DNA of 64,000 nt from an uncultured Planctomycetales bacterium (GTDB lineage: Bacteria; Planctomycetota; Phycisphaerae; UBA1845; JAFGLZ01). The translations under genes and the position numbers were made by a program. This document shows positions 1 to 9,267 of this stretch, piece by piece. The notes below the pieces were generated by a model that searched no databases, had not been told where the DNA came from, and worked only from the letters and a program-made list of their open reading frames with translations. Position 1 is the stretch's first letter; every line of letters starts with the position of its first letter. The stretch is taken from positions 71,997 through 135,996 of the forward strand of contig CAZUQM010000015.1 in NCBI GenBank assembly GCA_964622545.1. Direction: 5' to 3'.

Positions 1-958
1 GCTCGAAGCCTGGCTGCCAGAACGCCCAGAACTTCCCTCCAAGCTGCCACATGGCCTGGGCGTTATAGTACACCGCGTAATGGAAGTGACCGCCGCCGTA
101 CTGCCGTGTCGGGTGCTTCATGAGCCACTCGCCCGTGGCCAGGGCCTTCGCATGGTACCGCTTGCCGCTGTCGGCCAGCAGGTGGTACCCCGCAATCTGA
201 AGGCACAGCACGCCGGTCGAGGCCATCGCCACCGATGGGCCTCTCCCCGGTTGATAGCCGAACCCCCCGCCCTTGACGTAGCTTCGCTTCACGTACGCGA
301 TCGCGTCGTTGATGGCGTCAACCGGCACGACGGCTCCCGCGTTCTTGGCCGCCTTGAGGGCCATGAGGCACCACCCCGTCACCGACAGATCGCTATCCTT
401 GCTGGTGTGCTGGTACCGCCACCCGCCTCGAAATCGGGAGTTGGCTTGCTTGATCCGTTGGGCGTCGAGGATCAGCTTGACGGCGCTGGCGAGCGCTCTG
501 CGGACCCGCTGCTCGCGTTTACCCGTGGTCATGCCGACCACCTCCGACAGCATCAACGTGCTGATGCCGTGCGAGTACATCGGCCCGCCTCCCGAGCCCG
601 GAGCGAAGATCAGCCCGTTCGCCCGCTGTTGAACCGTTACGTAGTCGACCCCCCGGTTGACCACCTCGCCGAAGGGCCCCTCATCGGGGACGTGGCCCTT
701 GGCCAGAAAGGCCATCACCGCCAGGCTCACCACGGCCGTGTTGCCGCCGAACCCTTTGCCCCACGAGCCGTCCTGTTGCTGCTTGGCGGCCAGGTAGGCC
801 AGCGCGCGTTCGATGGCCAGGTCGCACTGCTTGTCGAGGTCGCGCGCGACGTCCTGTTCCGCGCCTTTCCGACCCAGTGCACCGGCGGCGCGTGTAGGTG
901 CAGCCGTTGCTAGGCAGATGAGAACGGCCGCCATGAGCAGTGTAGCGCGAGAGTACAT
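1..958 (-). CDS. Secreted prenyltransferase/squalene-oxidase-repeat (alpha/alpha-toroid) protein; C-terminus lies beyond the window edge
   Basis: Absent from the ORF track because it has no stop inside the window. Hand translation of the minus strand from ATG at 958 gives MYSRATLLMAAVLICLATAAPTRAAG (signal peptide). This is followed by AKQQQDGSWGKGFGGNTAVVSLAVMAFLAKGH, GPMYSHGISTLMLSE and RGGWRYQ..DSDLSVTGWCLMALKAAKNAG, which are QW-type repeats typical of this fold. The listed + ORF 80..913 is its antisense shadow. Confidence 0.6.
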   Translation of the reverse strand, partial: MYSRATLLMAAVLICLATAAPTRAAGALGRKGAEQDVARDLDKQCDLAIERALAYLAAKQQQDGSWGKGFGGNTAVVSLAVMAFLAKGHVPDEGPFGEVVNRGVDYVTVQQRANGLIFAPGSGGGPMYSHGISTLMLSEVVGMTTGKREQRVRRALASAVKLILDAQRIKQANSRFRGGWRYQHTSKDSDLSVTGWCLMALKAAKNAGAVVPVDAINDAIAYVKRSYVKGGGFGYQPGRGPSVAMASTGVLCLQIAGYHLLADSGKRYHAKALATGEWLMKHPTRQYGGGHFHYAVYYNAQAMWQLGGKFWAFWQPGFE

Positions 959-1340
959 ACCGACGCTCCTTTTGATGGTTGAAGCTCGGGACTCGGCCCA
1001 GGACGGCTTTCCGTGGCTCGATGGGAAGTCTCATGGCTCGTGCCACATGGGGTCCGCTCTCAACAGTCGACTCCTGAGCTGACCAGATGCTCTCGACTCC
1101 CACCTTAACGCTTCGCGCCGTGCCTGGGGAGCCCCGTCGTGACCGACGGCTCAGCCAGCACGTGAACCGGGGGGCCACGGTGCCGGCATTGATGCGCGGC
1201 CGAGACATGTCACGCCGAGCAACGTGAGATCGAGCAGCGGCTCAAGAACCTCGGCTACATGGAGTAACAGGTACGCCGCTGGCTTGGACCTCGATGTCGG
1301 GGAACTCGTGCCGACCACTCGAACAAGCCCTAGCACCCAT

Positions 1341-1368
1341 TTGACAGCCCCACGCCGACCGCTATAAT
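1341..1368 (+). promoter_or_regulatory. Sigma70-type promoter of the TolC-like gene
   Basis: TTGACA (1341-1346), 16-nt spacer, TATAAT (1363-1368). Both hexamers are perfect consensus. It sits about 85 nt upstream of ATG 1454, which is preceded by a taaggag RBS. Confidence 0.55.
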
Positions 1369-1453
1369 CCGAGCTTCGGCATCGGACGCCTACCGTTACG
1401 CCGCACCGAGGCGGCACAACCAGAACACACGGGCTGCGCTGCGAGTAAGGAGT

Positions 1454-3283
1454 ATGGCCATCCATCGCCGCACGGTTGGCAGTGAGGTGTACGTACGTGG
1501 CGGGTTTAGCCTTTGCCTCGGCTTGCTCGGGGCGCTGGTCTCGCTCGGTTGCCAATCGACCAATTTCTCCTGGGACGAGACCACCCTGGCCAACTATGAA
1601 GAGCGGGCCCAGACCCAAGAGATCGAATCCGAAACGATCGCCGACCTGCCTAAGATCATCAACCGCAGGCCCGCCATGCCGGTCGGTAGCCTGACCACCA
1701 CCCAGCCCAGCGTCGCCCAGACCCTGGAGTGGCAGATGCCCGACCCGTCGGTGGCCCCCCAACTCTTTAAGGCGCGGCTCAAGACGATCACCGACAAGCG
1801 GCAGCGCGACGATTACGAGAGGACCAGCAGGGCGGCCGTTCAACACCTTCAAGGCCTCAAGCGCCCGGAGTCGATCAAGCTGACCCTGGCCGAAGCCGTC
1901 CATCGGGCGCTCATGAACAATTACGCGATCAAGATCGCCGGCTACGAGCCCGCGGTCAGCCGCGCCCAGATCGTCGAGGCCGAGGCCCAGTTCGACGCCA
2001 CCTTCTTCGCCAACTGGACCGAGCTCGTGCGGGACCAGGCCACCGCCTCGAGCCTCCAGGGCAACTTCAGTCGAAATCGGACGCTGGCCGCCGGTATCCG
2101 CAAGCTCCTCTCGACGGGCACACAGTTGGAGATGAGCTTCAACTGGCTCCGCACGGAGACCGACCTGGCCTTCCAGGAGCTCAACCCCGCCTACAACAAC
2201 GACGTCGGCTTGCAGCTCGTCCAGCCCCTGCTGCGAGGGTTCGGCCTCGATTTCAACCGATCGCAGATCATCCTCCGCCGCAATGAGGAGCGCCAGAACC
2301 TCGAGACGTTCCGTCAGAACGTCCGCGATACGCTGCTGCAGACCGAGCAGGCCTACTGGCAGCTCGTCCGGGCGCGACGCAACGTCACCGTTACCGCCGA
2401 GCTGCTGGCCGAAACCGAAGAGACCTATCGCTACATCGAGGCCCGACGCGACTTCGACGCGTTCCAGGTCCTCATCGCGAATTCCCAGTCGCGGGTCGAG
2501 ACGCGCCGCGTCGCGCTCATTCGGGCGATGGCGGACGCCAAAGAGGCCGAAGACACGCTCAAAGCCTTGCTCAACGATCCGGTCTGGACGCTCTCGGACG
2601 ACATCGAGATCATCCCGGTCGACATCCCTGAGGCCGTGCCCATCGTGGTCGACCGCCTGGCCGAGATCCAGACAGCCCTCGACCATCGCAGCGAGCTCCG
2701 GCTGCGCGACCTCCAGATCGAGGCGGCCCGCATCGTCGTCTCGACGGCCAAGAACCAGGTCCTGCCCAAGCTCGACGTGATCTTCAGCTACAAGTGGCTC
2801 GGGCTGGGCGGCAACCCGCATGCGGCCTTCAGCCAGCTCAGCGAGAACGACTTCGAGGAGTACACCGTCGGTCTGCAATTCGAGTGGCCGATCGGCAGCC
2901 GAGCGGCCCGATCGCAACTGCGGCAGGCCAAGCTCCGCTACCAGCAATCGGTCATGTCTCGCAAGGCGCAGATCGAGCAGATCATCCTCGACGTCAACAA
3001 CGCCGTTCGTGAGCTCAACACGGCCTGGGACGCGATCAACCCGTCCATCGGCGCCACCGTGTCCGCCGAGCAGAACGTCCAGGCCACCAAGGCCCGGGCC
3101 GAGCGCAAGAGCCCGTCCGAACTCGAAACCGAGCTGTCCGGCCAGAGCACCCTGGCCACGGCACGGCAGACGTTCCTGGACGCCCTCATCGCCTACAACA
3201 TCGCCATCGCCGACCTCGAACGCGCCAAGGGCACGCTGCTCAAGTACAACAACGTCGTTCTCGAAGAAGAAGAGCTGCCCTGA
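1454..3283 (+). CDS. TolC-family outer-membrane efflux/secretion channel, lipoprotein-type signal
   Basis: 609 aa. The N-terminus LGALVSLGCQS is lipobox-like. Two internally repeated helical halves are typical of outer membrane factors (AVHRALMNNYAIKIAGYE..., LLQTEQAYWQLVRARRNVTV..., LDALIAYNIAIADLERAKG). The antisense ORF 1151..2947 is low-complexity junk. Confidence 0.7.
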   Translation: MAIHRRTVGSEVYVRGGFSLCLGLLGALVSLGCQSTNFSWDETTLANYEERAQTQEIESETIADLPKIINRRPAMPVGSLTTTQPSVAQTLEWQMPDPSVAPQLFKARLKTITDKRQRDDYERTSRAAVQHLQGLKRPESIKLTLAEAVHRALMNNYAIKIAGYEPAVSRAQIVEAEAQFDATFFANWTELVRDQATASSLQGNFSRNRTLAAGIRKLLSTGTQLEMSFNWLRTETDLAFQELNPAYNNDVGLQLVQPLLRGFGLDFNRSQIILRRNEERQNLETFRQNVRDTLLQTEQAYWQLVRARRNVTVTAELLAETEETYRYIEARRDFDAFQVLIANSQSRVETRRVALIRAMADAKEAEDTLKALLNDPVWTLSDDIEIIPVDIPEAVPIVVDRLAEIQTALDHRSELRLRDLQIEAARIVVSTAKNQVLPKLDVIFSYKWLGLGGNPHAAFSQLSENDFEEYTVGLQFEWPIGSRAARSQLRQAKLRYQQSVMSRKAQIEQIILDVNNAVRELNTAWDAINPSIGATVSAEQNVQATKARAERKSPSELETELSGQSTLATARQTFLDALIAYNIAIADLERAKGTLLKYNNVVLEEEELP

Positions 3284-3358
3284 TCTTCAAACCCGGTCCT
3301 TCGTCGCCCCGACCCCTGGCAGCAGTAGGACCGTTCGTGGTATCCTCACGCCTCCGCA

Positions 3359-5197
3359 TTGCGACGAGACCTTCCTAAGAGGACGTCGAAGCGGAGTTCA
3401 ATCGTTCGTCCGATGTCAGCGATGGCCCAGGGCCGCCGGGCCACTCGCCCGCACGCACGGCCTGAAGGAACGAGGTTCGATCTGATCGAGACCCTCACAA
3501 TCAGTCTGTCCGTCATCGGCGCCGTGGCGTTGCTGGCATCTCCCCGGCTCGGCCTGAGGCGGGGCATCGCCTTGGCGGCTCTGTGCTGGCCCGTTGCCGC
3601 CGGCGTGTGGGCGGGGCATCAGCACGCGCCGATGCCGCTGGGCACGGTTTGGATCGGCCACGTCGCCTCGGTTATGGCGCTGCTCTGGACCGCCGCGGCC
3701 GTCGTCTTGCGTCGGGCCTGCGCTGATACGGCGGCACGCTCCACGACGAACGAACTCCGACGCGGCTTCGAGTATGCGGCCCTGGGTATGGTGTCCTTGG
3801 CCGTGGTCCTGCTGCTGTTCGAAGCGGTGGTCGTGGGCCTGCTCCGCACCGGTGTGGTCACGATCCCGGGCCGGCTGTTCGAGGTGCATCGATCGGGTCT
3901 GCTCAATTGGGCGCTGCTGCTGCTGGCCGGCGTGCTCCATCCCGTCCCTCGGCGGCAGGCGACACCGCTGTTCTGGGTTCTGATCGCGGGCGTGATCTGG
4001 TCGGCGCTGATGATCCCCGTCGGGGACGACCGCCCGCCGACGGCGCTCAGCCAGTGGCGTGCGTGGACACTCTGGCTCTACGTCGGCTCCTCGCTTGTGC
4101 TGTTCGGGTTCGTCGTCGCCCAGGGCGTGATCCTGCGGCGCAGACGACAGCGGGCCTGGCCCGACCGCCTCGAATGGCTCACCGAGGACTACCCGGCGTG
4201 GCCCGGATTGCGCCCCAGTGCGGCCGCCGTCGGCATGGGCCTTCTGCCCCTGGGGGCGTTTCACGCCGACGCCTTCCTGGTGTTCGCCTGCTCGTTGCTC
4301 GTGGGCATCAGCGCCCTGCTGCTGGCCCACCGGCTGTGGAACAGCAACTTCGGCGACATCGGCATGGCCCACATCACGCTGGCCGTCGTCGCGCTGCTCG
4401 TGGCGATGGTGCCCGAGTGGGCGGGCGGGCCGGACCTCGAGAGCCGAATGCCGCTCCTCTTGGCCGCGTCCATGATCGGCCTGGCCATCATGACCTTCAT
4501 CTGGCAGTGGCTGCCGACCGTCTGGCATCAACAGCTGCGCGGCGGGATGGCCTGGACCACGACGGGACGACTGCTGCCCCACGCCACGCGGATGGGCGTG
4601 ATCGTCGCCGCCTTCGCGGCGCTCGGGGCGCTGCAGCTCGCGTTCTGGCCGACGATGGCCGCCACCCGCGACGACTCGCTGGCCAGGTGGATCCTCGGCC
4701 TGACGGCCAACGTCTTCGTGGTCGGCTTGCTGACGCTCGGGACCCGGCTCAGCGGGCGACGCAGCATGGCGGGCATCACGCTCGTCGCGCTGGCGGTCTT
4801 CGGGGCCTACGTGGTCATCCGCTTTCCCGACAACGCGATCAAGTTCTGGGTGCTCGATCGTTGGCCCATCCTGCTGGCCCTGCTGGCGCCGATCACTCTT
4901 GCCGCGTCGGTCCTGGCCGAGCGAGAACGCTGGCGCCCCTTTGCCCCGGTGCTGCAATTCTCGGCCCTGGTGATCGTTCCCGCCGCGGCCGTCGGGGGCA
5001 CCGTCGCCGTCTCAGCCGAACCCGTGGCCAAGCTGCTGGGCAAGTTGATCTACTACGACGTGACGCTCATTCGGACCGTGTCCTGGCTCATCCTCGCCGT
5101 CCACTTCGCGGTGGCCGCGCTGCTGCCCGACCGGCGCCCGCTCCTGGTGGCCTCGACGATCTTCGTCCTGGGCGTGGCCGTGGGGTTTATCATGTAG
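3359..5197 (+). CDS. Polytopic integral membrane protein, unknown function
   Basis: 612-aa ORF starting at TTG 3359; the first ATG is at 3413, so the start is uncertain. It has at least 12 long A/L/V/G/W-rich hydrophobic segments. I recognise no motif. The antisense ORF 3416..4957 is Arg/Gly/Pro junk. Confidence 0.5.
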   Translation: MRRDLPKRTSKRSSIVRPMSAMAQGRRATRPHARPEGTRFDLIETLTISLSVIGAVALLASPRLGLRRGIALAALCWPVAAGVWAGHQHAPMPLGTVWIGHVASVMALLWTAAAVVLRRACADTAARSTTNELRRGFEYAALGMVSLAVVLLLFEAVVVGLLRTGVVTIPGRLFEVHRSGLLNWALLLLAGVLHPVPRRQATPLFWVLIAGVIWSALMIPVGDDRPPTALSQWRAWTLWLYVGSSLVLFGFVVAQGVILRRRRQRAWPDRLEWLTEDYPAWPGLRPSAAAVGMGLLPLGAFHADAFLVFACSLLVGISALLLAHRLWNSNFGDIGMAHITLAVVALLVAMVPEWAGGPDLESRMPLLLAASMIGLAIMTFIWQWLPTVWHQQLRGGMAWTTTGRLLPHATRMGVIVAAFAALGALQLAFWPTMAATRDDSLARWILGLTANVFVVGLLTLGTRLSGRRSMAGITLVALAVFGAYVVIRFPDNAIKFWVLDRWPILLALLAPITLAASVLAERERWRPFAPVLQFSALVIVPAAAVGGTVAVSAEPVAKLLGKLIYYDVTLIRTVSWLILAVHFAVAALLPDRRPLLVASTIFVLGVAVGFIM

Positions 5198-5398
5198 CCG
5201 GTCACATGCGTCGCCTTGCAGGCGGGCGCCCGTGCCGTAGAAGGGGGGCTATGCAGCACCTCGTTCTCGTGATACACTGAACCCGCAGTTAAGAAACCAC
5301 TTATTCGAAGTCCCCGCGACATTCGGGACTGCCGACATACCGGCGTGCCGGCTGGCGGGGTGGTCACCTCTTGCCCGAACAACGTGAGGGTTCTGTCC

Positions 5399-6388
5399 AT
5401 GAGCACTAGTCGCGTTCACCGATTGCTTCGCTTGATTTCCCTACTCCAGAGCGGGCGAACCTTTACCGCCGACCAACTGGCCGAGGAACTGGACGTCTCC
5501 AGGCGGACGCTCTTCCGCGACCTGAACATGCTCGACCTGGCCGGCGTGCCCTACCACTACGACGCTAAGCTCAGGACGTATCGGATCGATCAATCCTTCT
5601 TCTTGCCGTCGCTCAACCTGACCTTGGAGGAGGCCCTGGCACTCCTCGTGGTCATCCGCCGCTTCGTTTCGCACCAATCCTTGCCGACGTACGAGCCGGC
5701 GACGCGAGCGGCCGCCAAGATCGAGAGCGGCTTGCCCGAGGCCGTGCAGGACTACTGCGGCCGCATGCTCGACGGTGTGGAGGTCCAGATGTTGCCGGCA
5801 GCCGACGCCTCGTCCGTCGAGCGGACGTTTAGCCAGATTCACTCGGCCCTGGGCGAGCGGCGCAAGCTCGATATCGAGTACGAATCGGACAGTGACTCGA
5901 CTCGCGCACGGACCACGGTCAGGCCTTACCGTTTGCTGTCCGTCGGCCAGGCGTGGTACCTGGTCGGCTTCAGCGAGTCGCACGATCAGGTGCGGACCTT
6001 CAGGCTCGACCGGATCGTCAGGATCAGCCCACGCCAACAGCTCTTTGAGCCGGATCCGGACTTCGACCTGGACAAGCACTTCGGGTTGGCCTGGATCATG
6101 ACTCCCGAAGGACAGGTCCACCACGTTAAGCTTCGCTTCACGCCGAAGGCGGCGGGCAGCGTCGACGGGATCTCGTGGCACAAAACGCAACGGATCACGC
6201 CGCAGTCGGACGGATCGTGTGTGTTCGAGGCCGACGTCGACGGCCTGAATGAGATCACCTGGTGGGTCCTCGGCCACGGCGACCAAGTGATCGTGGAGGA
6301 GCCTCCTGAGCTCCGGGAACGCGTCCGCCGGATCGCCGAGCACATGGTCCAAATGGCCGAGGGTGGGCAACCTGCCGTGGGGGTGTAG
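5399..6388 (+). CDS. HTH + WYL-domain transcriptional regulator (YafY/PafBC-like)
   Basis: The N-terminus RVHRLLRLISLLQSGRTFTADQLAEELDVSRRTLFRDLNMLDLAGVP is a DeoR/YafY-type wHTH. The central VRPYRLLSVGQAWYLVGFSESHDQVRTFRLDRI is a WYL-domain signature. The track start at 5345 is a GTG; I prefer ATG 5399. Confidence 0.8.
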   Translation: MSTSRVHRLLRLISLLQSGRTFTADQLAEELDVSRRTLFRDLNMLDLAGVPYHYDAKLRTYRIDQSFFLPSLNLTLEEALALLVVIRRFVSHQSLPTYEPATRAAAKIESGLPEAVQDYCGRMLDGVEVQMLPAADASSVERTFSQIHSALGERRKLDIEYESDSDSTRARTTVRPYRLLSVGQAWYLVGFSESHDQVRTFRLDRIVRISPRQQLFEPDPDFDLDKHFGLAWIMTPEGQVHHVKLRFTPKAAGSVDGISWHKTQRITPQSDGSCVFEADVDGLNEITWWVLGHGDQVIVEEPPELRERVRRIAEHMVQMAEGGQPAVGV

Positions 6389-6489
6389 CCGGCCCGCGCC
6401 ATCGCCCTCGATCGCCGGCGGTCTGATCAGGACGAAGCGTGCTGTCCAAGGCTGCCGGCATCGGATGATCCAAGTGGGGGAGTCCCTTC

Positions 6490-6939
6490 ATGCGAGCCGT
6501 CGTTCAACGCGTCGCCGGCGCGGCCGTCCACATCGACGGCGATGAGCACGTCCGCATCGGACCCGGCTTGCTCGTTTATCTGGGCGTGGGAAGGGCCGAC
6601 GGCAAGGCCGACGTCGACGTCCTCGTGGACAAGGTGCGGCACCTCCGTGTCTTCGAGGATGCCGACGGGAAGATGAACCTCGACGTCGGGCAGGCCGGCG
6701 GACAGGTCCTGGTTGTCAGCGCATTCACCGTACAGGCCGATGCCCGTCGCGGCCGGCGACCGTCGTTCGATGCCGCCGCGCCTCCCGATCGCGCCCGGCC
6801 TCTGGTCGAGGCCTTCTGTGAGCGGCTTGCCGCCGCCGGCATCAACGTCGCCCAAGGCGTGTTTCGCACGACCATGGACGTCGAGAGCCACAACGACGGG
6901 CCCGTCTGTATCCTGCTCGACAGCACACGTGCCTTCTGA
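6490..6939 (+). CDS. dtd: D-aminoacyl-tRNA deacylase
   Basis: 149 aa. MRAVVQRV...GPGLLVYLGVGRADG...KVRHLRVFED..GKMNLDV...VLVVSAFTV...GRRPSF...PVCILLDS matches the full-length Dtd pattern. This includes the (S)QFTL-like box and the C-terminal GPVT(I)-like box. Confidence 0.9.
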   Translation: MRAVVQRVAGAAVHIDGDEHVRIGPGLLVYLGVGRADGKADVDVLVDKVRHLRVFEDADGKMNLDVGQAGGQVLVVSAFTVQADARRGRRPSFDAAAPPDRARPLVEAFCERLAAAGINVAQGVFRTTMDVESHNDGPVCILLDSTRAF

Positions 6940-7080
6940 GCCCGTTCGATCGTATCAACATGCTATCTGGGCGATAGCCCGCCCATCCGTCGTTCGACGC
7001 CCACGATCCGCTGCCGGTACCCATCGCGGCGACGGCGCGGTACATTCTTGGTTTGCCGATCGTCACGGAGAGACATCACC

Positions 7081-8175
7081 ATGAACCGACGCCTGCCGAT
7101 TCTTGTCACCGCCGCCGTGCTGTTATGGAGTCCGCATACCATGGCTGGAGCCAAACACGCTGCCAGAGACAAGGCGCCGAAGTATCCGGATCGCTCCAAG
7201 CTCATGGAGTGGCGCGACGCCGAAGGCACTGTCCACCCCGTCAAGACGCCCGCCGACTGGGCCAAGCGCCGGGCGCACATCCTGCTCGGCATGCAAGAGG
7301 TGATGGGCCCGCTGCCGCCGGCGTCCAAGAAGGTGCCCCTCGACATGCAGGTGCTCAAGGTCGAGGACCTACCCAAGCTCACACGCAAGAAGATCTCCTT
7401 CGCCACCGAGAAGGACTGCCGCGTGCCGGCCTACCTGCTGATCCCCAAGGGCCTCCGCGGCAAGGCGCCCGCGGCCATCTGCCTGCACCCGACGTCCGAC
7501 ATCGGCAAGTGCAAGCCGGCCGGTGTCGGCGGCGAGGTCTCGCGACAATACGCTTTGCACCTGGCCGAGCGCGGCTACGTCACGCTCGCACCCGACTACG
7601 TCCGTTTCCACGAATACAGGTGGGACCCGTACGCCCACGGCTACGTCAGTGCCACCATGAAGGGCATCTGGGACCACATGCGGGGCATGGATCTGCTGTG
7701 CGGTCTGCCGCAGGTCGACCCCGAGCGGATCGCCGCCATCGGTCACTCGCTCGGCGGCCACAACGCCATGTTCCTGGCCGTCTTCGATCCGCGCGTCAAG
7801 GTCATTGTCAGCAGTTGCGGCTTCAACGCCTTCCGCTGGTACAAGGGCGGCGACCTGACGGGCTGGTCCCACAAGGGATACATGCCCAAGATCCCCAGCT
7901 ACGGCGGGTGGCGGAACATGCCCTTCGATTTCCATGAGGTGGTGGCCGCCCTGGCGCCCCGGCCCTTCATCGTCAACGCCCCCATGGGTGATGCGAACTT
8001 CGACGTCCGCGGCGTCCGCGAGGCCGTCGATGCCGCGCGACAGGTCTACGAGCTCCACGGGGCCGCCGACAAGCTCAAGGTGCTGCACCCCCAGTGCGAT
8101 CACGATTTCCCCAAGAAGATTCGCGAGCAGGTCTACGCTTGGATGGATCGCGAGCTGGGCCGCGCGAAACGATAG
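7081..8175 (+). CDS. Secreted alpha/beta hydrolase (dienelactone-hydrolase/esterase-like)
   Basis: Signal peptide MNRRLPILVTAAVLLWSPHTMAG. Nucleophile elbow GHSLGGHNA. YALHLAERGYVTLAPDY is typical of the DLH-like fold. ATG 7081 is preferred over the track start 7048. Confidence 0.6.
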   Translation: MNRRLPILVTAAVLLWSPHTMAGAKHAARDKAPKYPDRSKLMEWRDAEGTVHPVKTPADWAKRRAHILLGMQEVMGPLPPASKKVPLDMQVLKVEDLPKLTRKKISFATEKDCRVPAYLLIPKGLRGKAPAAICLHPTSDIGKCKPAGVGGEVSRQYALHLAERGYVTLAPDYVRFHEYRWDPYAHGYVSATMKGIWDHMRGMDLLCGLPQVDPERIAAIGHSLGGHNAMFLAVFDPRVKVIVSSCGFNAFRWYKGGDLTGWSHKGYMPKIPSYGGWRNMPFDFHEVVAALAPRPFIVNAPMGDANFDVRGVREAVDAARQVYELHGAADKLKVLHPQCDHDFPKKIREQVYAWMDRELGRAKR

Positions 8176-8281
8176 GGCCCGATGGGGCCAGCCGTGTTTC
8201 GATCGCATCGAACGTAAACGACAGGCCGAGCCTGGGCTCCAACCCGAAAGCACCCGGCGAACGACAAGAAGGAGACGCACC

Positions 8282-9025
8282 GTGGCTGACGCACCCGTGA
8301 TCCCACCGACGAGAGACGACACGAAACCCGGCAAGCGCATCCTGGTCACCGGCTCGGCCGGTCGGCTCGGCATGCGACTGGTCAAGGCCCTGCAAGACGA
8401 CGGCCACATGGTCCGCGGCTACGACAAGGTCAGCGAAGACGCCGCCACCATCGGCGGCGACCTGAACAGCTTCGGCCTGATCAAGCGGGCCACCGAGGGC
8501 GCCGACGCGGTGTGTCACGTGGCCGCCATTCCGTCCTACAACGGACGCGACGTTGACCTGTTCGGGGCGAACGTGCGCGGCACCTTCAACGCCTACCTGG
8601 CCGCGGCGCAATGCAAGGTCCGCCAGTTCATCTTCGCCAGTAGCCTGTCCGTCCTCATGGACGCCGGGATCGGCGAGGTGCCCCCGCAGGAGTACGTCCC
8701 CATGGACGAGAGGCACCCGCCCCGCTGTCAGGACATCTACGGCGTGAGCAAGCTCTTCGGCGAGGAATTGGGCCGGGCCTACTCCATGCAGCACGACATG
8801 TCGGTCGTGTGCCTCCGCCCCCACGCGATCGACTACCGGCCGATCGAGGCGCTCGAGGGCCCGCTGCCGGAAGGGCACGTCTCGGTCTGGGACGTCATCG
8901 AGGCCTTCAGGCTGGCCCTGGCCAGCGACGTGCGCTATGGCGTGTACCACATCACCGGCCTGGATCAATCGCGCGTCACCAGCGCCCGGGCCGAAGAGGA
9001 ACTCGGCTACAAGCCCAGGTGGTAA
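8282..9025 (+). CDS. NAD-dependent epimerase/dehydratase family protein (short form)
   Basis: The in-frame GTG at 8282 precedes the Rossmann motif ILVTGSAGRLGMRLV. The catalytic YGVSKLFGE (YxxxK) is present. The upstream part of ORF 7934..9025 overlaps the hydrolase gene and is Arg/Pro junk. Confidence 0.65.
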   Translation: MADAPVIPPTRDDTKPGKRILVTGSAGRLGMRLVKALQDDGHMVRGYDKVSEDAATIGGDLNSFGLIKRATEGADAVCHVAAIPSYNGRDVDLFGANVRGTFNAYLAAAQCKVRQFIFASSLSVLMDAGIGEVPPQEYVPMDERHPPRCQDIYGVSKLFGEELGRAYSMQHDMSVVCLRPHAIDYRPIEALEGPLPEGHVSVWDVIEAFRLALASDVRYGVYHITGLDQSRVTSARAEEELGYKPRW

Positions 9026-9055
9026 GACGCCGGTTCGCCTCCGCAAAACACGAAC

Positions 9056-9080
9056 GACCCGGGGAACGTCTCCCCGGGTC
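9056..9080. terminator. Strong hairpin between convergent genes (candidate bidirectional terminator)
   Basis: gacccgggga-acgtc-tccccgggtc forms a perfect 10-bp GC-rich stem with a 5-nt loop, 31 nt after the stop at 9025. On the minus strand it is followed by gtgttttg. Confidence 0.5.
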
Positions 9081-9267
9081 GCTTGCAGAACCCCTGCCCC
9101 GACACGGCTCTCGCCCGCCGTCCGGCTGTCAACCGCTTCGGCACGTCTCGTCAGGATCGATGCGCCGCGGCCAGGTGAACGACGCAAGACATCCCTGAGC
9201 CGCGGGATCCATTCTGCGAGGCCTATCTGATCCGTGGGCGTGAATCGAACGTTACCGCCCGCGCGTG

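Noticed and set aside
80-913. 277-aa + strand ORF
   Set aside because: It is antisense to the edge-truncated prenyltransferase-repeat gene, whose hand translation shows a signal peptide and QW-type repeats.
1193-1267. Short frame ending ...EIEQRLKNLGYME-stop, resembling the tail of a gene
   Set aside because: It is only about 24 codons before an in-frame upstream stop. It is possibly a relic, but unsupported.
1151-2947. 598-aa minus-strand ORF
   Set aside because: It is antisense to the TolC-like gene, which has its own promoter, RBS, lipobox and family pattern.
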